This document shows, piece after piece, positions 1 to 12,149 of a stretch of 64,000 nucleotides of DNA. Origin of the DNA: Trichosphaerium sp. ATCC 40318. Its lineage: Eukaryota; Protista; Tubulinea. The stretch lies in contig JALMLS010000455.1 in NCBI GenBank assembly GCA_038496445.1, forward strand, positions 682,001 to 746,000. The letters are read 5' to 3'. The notes beneath the pieces were generated by a model. The model saw only the letters and a list, made by a program, of their open reading frames with translations, did no database searches and was not told the DNA's origin. The number at the start of each line of letters is the position of its first letter. Position 1 is the first letter of the stretch. Made by a program: the position numbers and the translations under genes.

Positions 1-117
1 TCATCTTTGATGCAAAAAAAATTGTTGAGATGAGATAAGCACGCAACAAGCTTGTTGCAAAATTTATTTGTTTACTTTTTATAGCTTATTTTGTGTTGCT
101 TACTTCTACTTTTTTAG

Positions 118-1560
118 AAAGGTAAAGCAGTATCAGATACCACCCTGGATGTTACTAGAGATTTAACTATTAAACTCAAGGACGCACTGGAAGCTAAAAT
201 GGAAGAGGTTCGTTGAAAAACTTGACATGAGATCTTTTGAAAGAATTCCTTCTTTGTTCGCTTAACATGATGACATGCATGTATCTCTTTCTAACTCATT
301 AATCAAGATAATTAAATTAAAACAAGAGATCGAAGAGCTTAAGAAACATGACCAGCGGTATAAGCTTGTATGCAACGAAAAACTGTACGCCCTCTCGACT
401 TTTTTTAGTTTTAGTCAAAGAACAACTGTTTATTTTTGTGCTAATTTTTTGTGACACAGACAGCTGGAAGTTGATAAAGTTACATGGGGATCAAAGTATA
501 CTATGATAAACGAAGAAAAGAATAAACTAGCAGCACTTTGTAGAGAAAAGTAAGTTGTCAGCTAAACAGAGAAAAAAAACCACGTCGCCACTGGAGCAAA
601 ATCTGTTTTCTTCTCTCTGTCTTTTTTTTGGTTTTCCTTCTCTGTTATGCTTCCAGTTATACGTTATGTTAATATTATTCTGTTTAGGGATGAAACTATA
701 CAAGGTTTAGAGAGTTTAATAGAGTCTAAAGATGATACTATTGAAAAAATGGCAAGAAAGTTGCTTAACTTAAAAAATCGAATAGATAATGTAGAAGTTC
801 AAATGTGTAAGTTCTTCGTAAAGAAAGTATACAAATTCTTCTACACAAACACTGATGCCACTGTACGTATACACTCATTTCTGAAAATTACAAAAAGAAT
901 TTCTTAAAAACAAGCCAATTTTCTTGTATTCAAAGAAACCAAACTATCTTGTTTTTTTCAGTTCTACTGTTCTACAAACTTAGTTGTATATCTTACTACC
1001 TTGAATTTATAGTTGGTTGTATCAAAAGCACCTACTACTGCTGTTTATAGCTTGGATATTTTTACAAATGGAAAACGAACAACTCATCCATTTGACACAA
1101 TACAGTCAATTTTAAAACATACAGACTCTACTACACGATTCACAATACAGTATACGGTACGGTTTTAAACTATTTTATGTGTTAAAAAGATACTTGTTAT
1201 TGACAAACCAAAAAACGAAAAAAACAAGAAAAAGTGCCAGTAGATTTATTTTTGAAAGAATTTTTGGTTTTGGATTTTTTGCTTTTGCTTTGACTTAGTT
1301 TCATCTAGGATGCTGGTCATACCGATGTATTCGAGTCAGCTATTAGGGAAGAAGTATTAAACGCCTTATATGGGTACTATAAGAAACATACAAAGACAGC
1401 AAAAAAGAAAAAAGAGCTTCAAGAGCGAAAAGGAAAAAAAGAGTCACCTACAAAATCAAGGCCTCCTTCATCACCTAAAAAGGATATTAATGGGAAAGTA
1501 AATGATGCTGATGCCAAAAAAAGTGGTAAAAAAGTTAGTAATAGCCCTACAAAGGCTTGA
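118..1560 (+). CDS. 3' part of a multi-exon coiled-coil protein with Lys-rich C-terminus (5' end probably outside the window)
   Basis: Spliceable GT-AG exons give DETIQGLESLIESKDDTIEKMARKLLNLKNRIDNVEVQ ... KKESPTKSRPPSSPKK ... SNSPTKA, with stop at 1558-1560. Confidence 0.6.
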
Positions 1561-1619
1561 TTTTTCGAAGAAAAAAAAATTAAGGAAAAAAAAAAGTTTT
1601 AAGATCTGTTGTAAATAAA

Positions 1620-2555
1620 AATTAAGAATAATCCTTCAGCCAGTACTGCTAGTAACACAGCGACATTAAAGAACGACCAAGAAACGACATCTCTCATCTC
1701 CATATTTTTTGACAAGATAGCTCAATTGAACTCTAAGCCCTTATCACCGTAACACTTAGAAATTTACCTGCAAGTTTCGTATAAATTGTTAGTAGAACCA
1801 GTTCCCTATATTGAGATATTAATACGCAAATATTCTGGCTATACAATAGAGTGTACTACGTTTATCAGGCTGAGAAAACTCTTCTCATAGGATATTGGAC
1901 GGTTGGGCTCAGCGAACATGTGAACTTCAAATACATTGCTCAACAAAGTCGTGACTATTGTGGCTGTAGTTATAAAGCACGTGATTAGGTACAGTAATGA
2001 CAAACAGTTAATTTTATTGTTGGACAAGAACTTGCAGTAACGTCTAATGGTTCTATTACTATTTTCTAGAGCTACAATTTACGTAGACTAAACATTTGCT
2101 ACAACGACTGCTTTCTACATTTGCACAAACTCCAACAAATATAACTTTCGACGCACAATTCTATACTTTCCATGGATAACACCTAACTTGCTTTGGTACC
2201 ATAAAATATTCTTGTTGGAGCTATAGCAAAGCTAGTTAAACGTTTTGACGTATGTAAACGTATTGGTAATGTTGAATATCAAAAATATGGGAAGAACGCA
2301 CTACAAACAAAATCCTGGGTAAAACCCAACTTCTTTTATGCTACATATCACGTGGAGCCTATTTTTTGGTCGTCCCTTTTTTGTCCCTTGTCATAAAATC
2401 GTTACTTACCATAATCTTCCCAAAAACCAAATCTAAGGTGCTGTAGCCCTCATCCAGCGACTAAGCACCTCCAGATTTTCCAAAGCTTCCAGATTTACCC
2501 CGTTCCCATCAATATTTAAGAAAACCCGAACTGAAAATTTTTCGTTTAGGAACAT
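1620..2555 (-). CDS. Probable multi-exon membrane protein of unknown function (exon structure unresolved)
   Basis: Short coding-like exons (LDEGYSTLDLVFGKIM; LSNNKINCLSLLYLI; LRVQLSYLVKKYG) bounded by GT/AG. Confidence 0.3.
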
Positions 2556-2842
2556 GACTTTTTTTTGTTGTTCTACATGTTAATTTAGTCTCAAAGGGTC
2601 GTTGACTCTACCAATGTAGCCAGATTTCTGTTAAAAACTGGCACAAAATTGTGAAACGATAATTTCGAAATGAATACAAAATCTATCTCTTCACATGTAG
2701 GTCACTTACATACAAAATAAAGTAGAAAAAAAAAGGAAAAATACTTGTGACCTTTTTTTTTTCGGGTATGATCAATAATCTTCTTCCCAGGATTTTTCTC
2801 CATTTTTCTGACTAAGAATACAAGTGTTGACATTTTCAACCG

Positions 2843-5686
2843 ATGCATTTACCATTAATAGCAACAAAGAAGACAATGATTAGCAACATTAGACTATTTG
2901 TTCTTGTGTTCATTGCAATACATCTATGTACAACTGTAAACGGAGCTTTCAACCCTTCAGACTACACCAACAGTAAGGAAATCGTATCTGGAAAGTACAC
3001 AGTGTATTGGAGAGTTGACGAAGCTAATAATGATATCTATCTGGCATTCAAAGCGGAGACATTAGGATACGTCGCTTTTGGTATCGGTGAACCCACAAGC
3101 GGAAGGTACAGCACAGACTAGCCTTTGTTTTAGCTGTCCTAAGTCACAACAATCCAAATAAAACTAAATGTTATCTCTAGTATGGGTGGTTCTGATATTG
3201 TGTATGGATTTGTAGACGGTAAGCAATCACAAACAAAATGATCAAGATTTCGGGTTTGGTGGTTTTGTTTCTGAACTTTTTTTTATGAAACTGTACAAGG
3301 CTTACTCTTGTATAGATATCAGTGGAAGGAAAGAAGTTAACGATATGTACAGTACAAAGGTACACCCACGAATTCATTGGGAAATGGTCTCACTCTATGT
3401 GGGTGATTTCCATGGATTTTTTTGGGCATGCACTAAACATATCCCAAAAACAATATGCTCCGTTTTCTTAACTGTTCCACGAAAACTACTGTTTTTCCGT
3501 AACTGACGCTTGATTTATCTAGACCGGCTTAACACCATTGAAAGATGATTGCCAGCATTGGAAAATAGTAGAAGCTGAACAAACTGCCACTGAAACGATT
3601 ATCGAAGTACAAAGGAAGCTTGAAACACAAGATCAAAATGTGCGTATTGTTGTAGCTGTTTTCGTAGGCAATCAAACAGCTGTACAGCTCACTCACTTTA
3701 TAGGATCGCGTTATCACACCTGGAGTCAATAGAGTAGTAGTTGCTTGGGGCAGTTCTGATACATTCTCTTACCATGGAGAAAATAGAGGTGCGGTAGTTT
3801 GCCATGCTTCTCTTTTGTATGGTTGATTCACGTACATTCCGAGGACATCTTTCTTCTCATGCCTTTTGTAGTTGCTACTGCCATTGTATTCTTTGGAGAT
3901 TCACCTCTAGATCCACCACCTGGAACAACGTTTCAGGCTGTCAACATGAAGAGTAAGTCTATTGTTTTTTTTTTACAAAGTGTTTATTTTTCTTTTAGAT
4001 TACACTATCCCTAGCAAGGTTACTACATACGCATGCCAGTATGTTGAAGTCCCTATCTCTGCTGAGCTTCATATAGCAATGGTTAGTGGAATGACATCAG
4101 TTGTCTTACTAATGATTAACTTTCGAAATATAGTACCAACCTATCATTGACAAAGAGAAATATGTACATCATATGCTCTTACACGACTGCTCCGAATTGA
4201 AAGCTTCTAATCCTGCTCTGGTGAATTCATGGGAGGGTCCTGGCACCCAATGCGAGTCTCCACAGGTACAAAAAAAAGAATTTAATGACTTTTTTGGCAC
4301 AAAACAGTTCTTTAGTAGACACCAACTTACGTAACGAAGGGGTTGGACGGCTGTAGATTAATGTGGGGATGGGCTAAAGGTGGACTTGGTTTTAGGTTCC
4401 CAGACAACGTAGGTGCTCCTATTGGCGGAAATGGACCACGTGATCTTGTAGTTGAGATACATTATGATAACCCTGGTCTTGATCAAAATGTTAAGGATAG
4501 GTATGCAGGCTTTACAAACTCCCTATTTTCTAACTAATCTTTTCAGTTCTGGTCTTGGTGCTTATGTAACACCAACTTTACGTCCGCTAGAAGCCGGTAT
4601 TTTAAGTATTGGTGATCCTCTGTTGAACCTCGCCAATATTCCTGGAGGTCAGGATGACGTATGATACTTTTTCTTTCGAAAAACCTTCATTTTATATTAA
4701 TGTATTGCTAGTACCTTGTTGAAACAAGTTGTTCTTCTTCTTGTACAAACTCAGCACAATGGAGCCAAAACGAAATAACTGTGTTTGGCAGTTTCTTACA
4801 TATGCATGCCTTTGGTACTATTGTCTATTCAGACTGTTTTACGACACTATCTTCTGACAATGAAAAAAATAGGATCAAGCATTTACACACAAATTACAAG
4901 AGATGGCGCTATAACAACACAAAGCAACCGCATAGACTTCTGGGACTTTGGTACGTCATTCCAGGAAACCTTTATAGGATACCATTCAAACCAGGCTTCA
5001 GTTGGTTCTTTCTTTGGACGTATTTCTGACTCTTTTGTTCTGTAGCTTTCCAACAAAGTACGGCAGTAAACTACACTGTTACTAAAGGTGATCGTATCAA
5101 CTTACACTGTCGATACAACACAAAATCTGGTGGGCCAGTGCAAATAGGCCTTGATTCTGATAAAGAAATGTGTCAGGCTTACTTGCTTTACTACCCTGCA
5201 ATGCCTCAAATGAGGTGAGTCAGTTGTTTTGTTCAGATTTAGCATTTACACGTTCTGATTATTTTACAGGTACTGTGGCGTTCTTGATGCTACTCAGATA
5301 TACTGTGGAGGATTTGGAGATGTTGTAAACTCTGTGAGTCCACCAGTCGGGAACAAAGGTACGTCCACACGCTATTTTATATTCTTGTTTTTTTCTACAA
5401 ATTCGTATTTGTTGTGTTGACACAATTAGATGCTCCTGATGCTGTTGGTGTTCCATTCATTGAAGTACCCGCCTCGTGTCCTTCTTCTTCTCTTTTGGTC
5501 GGAGATACAGTCATCGAACCAGCCCCTACAAACCCAACAACTGCAGCGCCAACACAACCGACAAGTCCAACTGCACCAACCGAACAGCCTCCAGCTGACA
5601 CTACCTCAGCACCTGAGTCATCAGCAATGATCAAGTCAGTATTCGGATCTATGTGCATTGCATTAATGATCTTCTTGGCTCTATAA
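2843..5686 (+). CDS. DOMON + copper type II ascorbate-dependent monooxygenase (DBH/MOXD1-like) with Pro/Thr linker and GPI-type hydrophobic tail
   Basis: Signal peptide; DOMON (YTVYWRVD..GYVAFGIG..MGGSD); YVHHMLL, GWAKGG, VEIHYDNP, FLHMH and DKEMC copper-ligand motifs; hydrophobic C-terminus. Confidence 0.9.
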
Positions 5687-6114
5687 ACCCTGCAACAAGC
5701 GTGTCTTTGGTTAAGCTACAAAAAAAAAAGTTTCATTCAATAAAATTCATGAAACAAACGCCGCTCGAGCTTGCCCTGTACTGTTCGTTGAAATGTTACC
5801 ACAGGTTAAATTTTATCTACTCTCTTGTCAACGATTAAAAACGGACGGAAGAGGATGAACTGGATCGCTAAACAGCAGTCACAAACTTCCACAAAGTCTC
5901 TCATTTCAACAAAAAAAAAAGTGTTTATGAATGGCAACATTTTGCATATTTATTACATACTGAGGACATTTGTATTTGCATTGCGGTTTTTTCCTCCAAA
6001 ATCCAAAAAAACGGGACAGTGGTGTACCACAAGCGCATAAATTTTTTTTTCCATTTTTTTTTTTTTTTTGAGTCAAAAAATTGCGAAGTAGTACTTTGGG
6101 TCTCTGTTCTTTTC

Positions 6115-6290
6115 TTACTGGTTGAATACAGTATCAGTTGGTAGAGCCCACCAGTAGTAAGTATGGTAGATACCCATAGGTATAGTCATAACAGCCAAGA
6201 AACTATTGATTGACTTGCTGTATAATGCTCTCTGCCTGTATATTCTACGCCAGGTATAGAATCCTAATCCAGCTGCGCTTGCGACTAAAC
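6115..6290 (-). CDS. Terminal exon of a small membrane protein
   Basis: Reads VASAAGLGFYTWRRIYRQRALYSKSINSFLAVMTIPMGIYHTYYWWALPTDTVFNQ*; upstream exon not determined. Confidence 0.3.
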
Positions 6291-6479
6291 ATTACATCGT
6301 TAGGACGTTGCCTGAAGCCGAAACAAAAAAAAAAAGAAAAAAAATAAATCTGGTCGTATTTCTGTTGATAGTGGTGTAAAATCAATATTTTGCTTCAGTG
6401 TTTGTAGTTTATAACGTAAAACGTGATGGCGCGTGAGTTTGAAATGAAAACAAAAATAAAAGAGCAAACTCGCGTTTTC

Positions 6480-7540
6480 AAAAAGAAAACGCTTTGAGTG
6501 TTGTTTTAGCGCCGTTGTTGGTAATTTGGTTAAAGTTTGCCACTTGTTGCGTCTGTTCAAGGCTTAAACTTTTTTGCTTGTAACTTCGCTGATTCATTAG
6601 CTTTTTGAGTTTGGCGGTATGAATCGTGAGAGTAGATAGCAGTTGAGCACTGTAAGAATGTTTTTTGGATTACGTACTAGCTCCCATTTTATTACCTACA
6701 AGGGTTATTAGACAACAATAGAAAGCAATATTAATAATTACCGTATTTCCTTCTTCCCATGGCAACTTTTTCGCTACCGAGGGTTAGAACGTTAAATACT
6801 ATTTAATTTCACTGTTATAAGCCGTACTAAGCGTAAAAGTGAGCGCCTGTGACAAGAAGACCTAAAAACGATTAAACAAGTACGTGGGGTCATGCTACTT
6901 ACCGAATGGTACAAAATTGCCAACCTCCTGATCAACATGCAAAATTGCCATGTTGTGGAGCAGCGTTTGGGCAAAATTCACCATGGTGATGGTTTCGTTC
7001 CATTTAATTGCGTTTTCACTTGGTCCCTCCGACATGTGTAGTTGTGCCTGCATTAAATTCGCGTTTGGAATAATAGCAGTCAAGAACAGTCTCAACTATC
7101 TTGGCAGATGTCGCCCAGCGCATTAATGCCACACTCAAGTGTTGTTCGCGTAACAGTAGGGCTCACAGTAGCCTGTGTAGTGATTTGAGAGAAACATGGC
7201 CAATAAAGGATTGTCATCGCTTGGAAAGCAGCCTAGTTAGCATTCTATTGCAGTTATGGTTGTCATCGTGAATTCAGATTTACAAGTGACTTGTAAGGCG
7301 CGTGTATAGCGTGATTGCTATTGTTCAGTCTTTGTTCCCTTATACAAGCTATCCGTTCGCTTTTTAGAAGCAAATATACTCAACTGAGCTTGAAAGCGCT
7401 AGCCACGCGTTGTAAGCGTACTACTTGTTACTCATCACGTATGCAACTGAACCCAATGAGCTTCAGGTGCAATTCGTAACTCCTGAAATTGTCAAACACT
7501 ACTTCTTGTTCCCTACACGCGTAAAACACTATACTTTGCA
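6480..7540 (-). CDS. Multi-exon protein with possible C2-like domain
   Basis: Exons GYCEPYC.., NAIKWNETITM..MAILHVDQEVGNFVPFG, VIKWELV echo the C2 pattern (DPY..NPxWNE..VxD..G); splicing not fully resolved. Confidence 0.3.
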
Positions 7541-7695
7541 TTCATTGCAACCTCTTAACATCGATACAGAAAGAAATTGCAACAAAGGGTAAAAACCTCG
7601 AAAAAATCTTAAATTTATTTTGATCTTTGTTACCACTTTTTTCTGCTATTCTGTATTCTCAACACAACCAACACACCTCCTCTTATCGAAATAAC

Positions 7696-8053
7696 ATGAA
7701 TAACCCTTCATCTGTAACCACACATGGTTCTTTTGTCTCCAAGTCTCACCTACACAGCAAACTTCAACATGCAAAAAATAGTACGGCGTCATTTTGCTGT
7801 TACACTTGTGCTAAAGGTTACTGCTAGAGTACTTTGGTATGGACGGAAAATACTGGTATGAACTTGACACTACAAAGAGTCCTGTAAAAACTACTCCTTC
7901 TACGGAGTCACAAGATAGAGTTTATCCACCAGGTACGCCTACAAAGTAGTTTCAATTTTTTGTTATGTAGTATTCTGACATTCTTTGTTCTTCTCAGAAG
8001 TCGAAGAATACGCAAAGTTTGTTAATAAGATGCGTGCCTTCAGTGATCGGTAA
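7696..8053 (+). CDS. Small 3-exon hypothetical protein (~85 aa)
   Basis: MNNPSS..AKN / EYFGMDGKYWYELD..VYPP / EVEEYAKFVNKMRAFSDR* with phase-consistent GT-AG introns. Confidence 0.55.
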
Positions 8054-8564
8054 CACTTTGAAGCAAAGATTAATCAATGTCTCCAACTCTCTGTATATAC
8101 TCGTAGTATTTATTCTTCGTTTTGCCTTACGGAGTGTTCCCATTTTTTCCGTGAAGAAACCTGTAAATAAAATAAAAAACAAGGGAAGCCTTAGTATTAC
8201 TATCAACTGTTTTGACCTTACTGTGTGCTGTTCAAAACACAAGTAACCCACTAGTAATTGACCATCATTTTATTCTTACCGATAACCTGAAGCGTCACAA
8301 AACCAGCTTTCAAAAAAAACTAACAGACATTTGCAAATAAAATAGTTACACAGCCACGCTAGTGCAGTCACCGTCGCATCCTAAGTTATAATTCACATGG
8401 GGCGGCAACGTGCTAATTTTATTTGGTATTATGGTTACTAGCTAGTAGTTAATTAACTTTTCGGTGGGCGACTAGGTAGAGGACGATGATCACCGAATCA
8501 GATTTTGTTGGTTTTTGAGTGGCAAAGTCAGTTGGATACCTCTTGAAACATTGTGGTAGATAAA

Positions 8565-9421
8565 ATGTCGTTGAGGCGCCAAAATAAACCTGTAAAAGAA
8601 AGTGCTTCGACAAAACCACTTCCTGGGTTAAAAAAACCAATTCCAAAGAGAAAAAGTAATAGCTATATTGACGTAAGGGCGGAAATTCAAGCAGAGTTGG
8701 ATGCAGATTGGTCTGAAGAGCTTATGGTGAGCTTTTAAGATAATTTTTGTTGTTTGAGAATAACTTCAATTCAGAATGCGTCAATTGCTTGGAAGAATGA
8801 GCGCAAGGTATATACGACGCATATTGATAACTTTAATAATTTATGATTTCACAGACGTCAAATCCGTCAATAGAGAAGCACTACAACTATGCTAGATGCC
8901 TGGTCCACTCGAAATATAGAGTAGAGATCGAAAAAGGACTCATTGAGTTAGAAGGTATGCTACAGCTACAAACTTGTTAGAATACCATTACACAACGCGT
9001 ATTAACGCCTACGCGTATAGAAGTAATGCGTGTAGCTTCTACTGACGTTGAAATTATTTGCGACTGCTTATATTACTACGCATATGGTCAGTATAAGCTA
9101 TCAGAGTACACTAGCGCTATGAGCGCGTTAAAGTTATTAATTGACAGAAAACCAAACCACAGACATGCAACGGTGTTCTCAGACATGGCTAAAAAGCAGA
9201 GATTTAATCGTACGCCCCTTTTGATGATAAACAATGACATCTTGACATGTTTGTTTATTTTTGACCTAGATGATACTATTGGTATCGGTATTGTGGTATG
9301 TACAACTGTTGTACTTGGTACACTTGGAATTTTTTTAGCAAGAAAAGTGTGGATAGATAATTTAAACCATATTGAATATAATAATGATATATACAATTCG
9401 TATTGGTGTGAGAGTAATTAA
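8565..9421 (+). CDS. FIS1: Mitochondrial fission protein Fis1 (TPR-like domain + C-terminal TM)
   Basis: YNYARCLVHSKY..EKGLIELE, DCLYYYAYGQYKLSEY..PNHRHA, then TM GIGIVVCTTVVLGTLGIFLARK. Confidence 0.85.
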
Positions 9422-9694
9422 AAAAAAAGAAATTTCCTTTTTTGAAGAAAAAAATACCCAAAAAGAAAAAAAAACAATCATGTACATACAGGGCAAAGTT
9501 AAAATAAAATAAAACCAACTCGCAAGACAAAAGTATCCTATTAAATACTTAAATATAACCATGGTAGAGACATCAACAAAAACATTTCGAATTCGCTATG
9601 TTTAAATTTTTTTTATTTGGAGAAACAAAACAAATGTGACACTATATTATGTATCACTTGTTTTTCGTGTTCATGTGGATGAACCAGAATAATC

Positions 9695-11297
9695 TTAGTA
9701 TTCTGGTACAATATTTCTACCAGGTGGATTAGCGCCACCTGTAGGAACACGTCTGAGATAGTTCTGAATGGCTGGAACTTCTGTTGACTGTTCTGGAGTC
9801 TTACCCTAAAGAAAAAAGTTCAGCTGGCACTGCTACCTTACCAACATCCTGAAAAACCCCACGCACGTTTTTATCACTGGCGTTGATATCTGCACCATTC
9901 TCTACAAGCATCTGAACAGTTTCAATATGCCTCCAGTGACAAGCATAATGCATTGGTGTCTAGACAACATAGAGTGAGAAAGGAGCTTACAATGTACACT
10001 AAAAAAGTACTATACTACGTACCCACTACAGAACGTTATTCAACAATATCGTTACCAAGCGGTATATTTCAGTTAATAGTATAATACTAGTATTATAAAA
10101 TGTATAGTTCGTACCCCTTTGTCCTAACACAAAATGAGTCAAAAACCGAACAAAAAAAAAAAGAGTAACGTACGTCCTTGTCGTTAAGATCAGGATTCTT
10201 TGCAAGTATTGCTCGTACAATACTTGGATGGCGCTTGGCAGCGAGATGAAGAGGAGATAGACCCTATATAAAGTTAGGCTGACAGAAAAATAAAACATTT
10301 CTGAAATAAAGTTGTCTTTGGAATCTCAATGACGTACTTCCTATAGCGCGGATAAACAAAAGAGAACAACGCAACAAAGTTTCATGAGTAGTAATACATG
10401 CCATATTAAACAATAATTAAAAAATAGAAGGGTACCTTCTAGAGAGAGAGAGAGAAAGTAAGCAAAGACGAAACAATTGAGATGTACAAATTTTTTTTTT
10501 TTCCGAATTTGGACGCTTGTATCAAAAATCCATTGAGCGCAAATGACGTTATTGATTTCATTGGTAAAGTTTGTACGCTCAAAGAAGGGAACTAATAAAG
10601 AAAAAACAAAGGCAAAAATTAAACTCTTTAAACGTACATTTTTGATGTTTAGGTCAGCGTTGCTTGCAAGTAACGCCTTGCAAATACCACTATGACCATA
10701 CTCAGCACTGTAGTGTAGAGCAGTCTAAAATACAAATTATTAGCTCCAATCAGTACTGTTGTGCTTTATAGGTACCATGCCCTACTGATGTATTAGCGAA
10801 GGAATTGATTAGTAGCACTAGCGCACCTTGTCATCTTGCATGTTAACACGACTACCGTATTTAATCAGAATGTTAACGCAAGGAAGATAGCCTCTTTGGC
10901 CTGCAGTACAGTCCATTAATGGTGTCTAATTTAATTTAGTTCATAAAGTCATAAAACGTTGTGTTTAGGTATTTCGGCGCTTGGTGTATAATTTAGCGTT
11001 TACCTTTTTGTTATTGTCGGTTATATCAATATTAATTCCTTCAGTTAAGAGCCAGAACAGTACTTGATCATGTCCAAACCCTGCAGCCATATGTAAAGGC
11101 GATCTACCGACTGCATCCCTAATAAAGAGCTAAGATACCACGAATAGCTGTTACAAGCGCATGGCCTACTTGACTAGGTTTAAATTGAGCTTTTTCTTGT
11201 GCTTTTTGTAGAGCTTCTTGCACTCCTTTAAATCTCCACCCCGTGTGGCGTTCAAGAATTTATTAGGTGGGCGCGTATAGTCTGACTTCTTAGACAT
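9695..11297 (-). CDS. Ankyrin repeat protein (~5-6 repeats)
   Basis: GRSPLHMAAGFGH, TALHYSAEYGH, GLSPLHLAAK, TPMHYACHWRHIETVQMLVENGADINA on successive exons. Confidence 0.9.
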
Positions 11298-11546
11298 TGC
11301 GCAAGGCTTTTAACAATATTTTCAAACTCGTTTAAGCAAGTCAAAATTTCAATGAACTGTCGCTTTGCTAACTTCTGTTTACTCGTTTTATTAAGCGTAC
11401 GCATGCACGGTTATTGCTTCGAAACCTTGAGGCTATGTAGGGCAATAAGGCGTGTAGTGTAAGCGAGTTTTAGCGAGTTATTTATCCGACGAAATTTTGT
11501 TTGACTCTTAGTGAGGAATTCTTCTGTACAGTTAGAAACACCACAA

Positions 11547-11993
11547 ATGGCAGAGAAAGAAGTAACGGCCTTTGACAAAGACTTTAATGAGGCAGTATTG
11601 GAGGTGTACGAAGTTGTAGCTTAAAAATTGCTATGAGTGACGCGTTTATTAGAATGAACCGCCCTGGAACTACTGGTTGCTTGTTAATAGATTCCCACGG
11701 TTTGTGTATAGTAGGTACGTAAAATGACTGTTAACCGTGTTCTAATATATCACCCATCAGCAAAGGGAGATGCAGACGCTAATTCTTCGGGCTACATGCT
11801 ATCTCTGATTAACGCAGAAAAATCTAACCAAGTCTGCATTGAAACGCAAAGCCAGTATGTCCCTTGCTCATTTAAACCTAAATCACCGTTCAAGAAAATA
11901 CTTAGCTTCTAACAAATTTATAATAGACGTATCCTACTCACACGCGAAGGCAATGTCACTTTGGCTGTTTATAAAAAGCAAGAAGCAGCATAA
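11547..11993 (+). CDS. LAMTOR5: Ragulator subunit LAMTOR5/HBXIP (roadblock fold)
   Basis: Four exons: MNRPGTTGCLLIDSHGLCIVAKG..SSGYMLSL..VCIETQS.RILLTREGNVTLAVYK matches the LAMTOR5 pattern. Confidence 0.85.
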
Positions 11994-12149
11994 CGCCGAA
12001 AGCTCGGTTTACAATCCGATTCCCTTTTTGACGGTATATCTTTAAGCTGTTCTTACACCTAAAGCGTCAAACAAGCTCAATTTTTTTCAAACACGCCACA
12101 ACACGCAAAGGTTTTTTCTCCCTGTACATAAACCATTAAAAAACTACTC

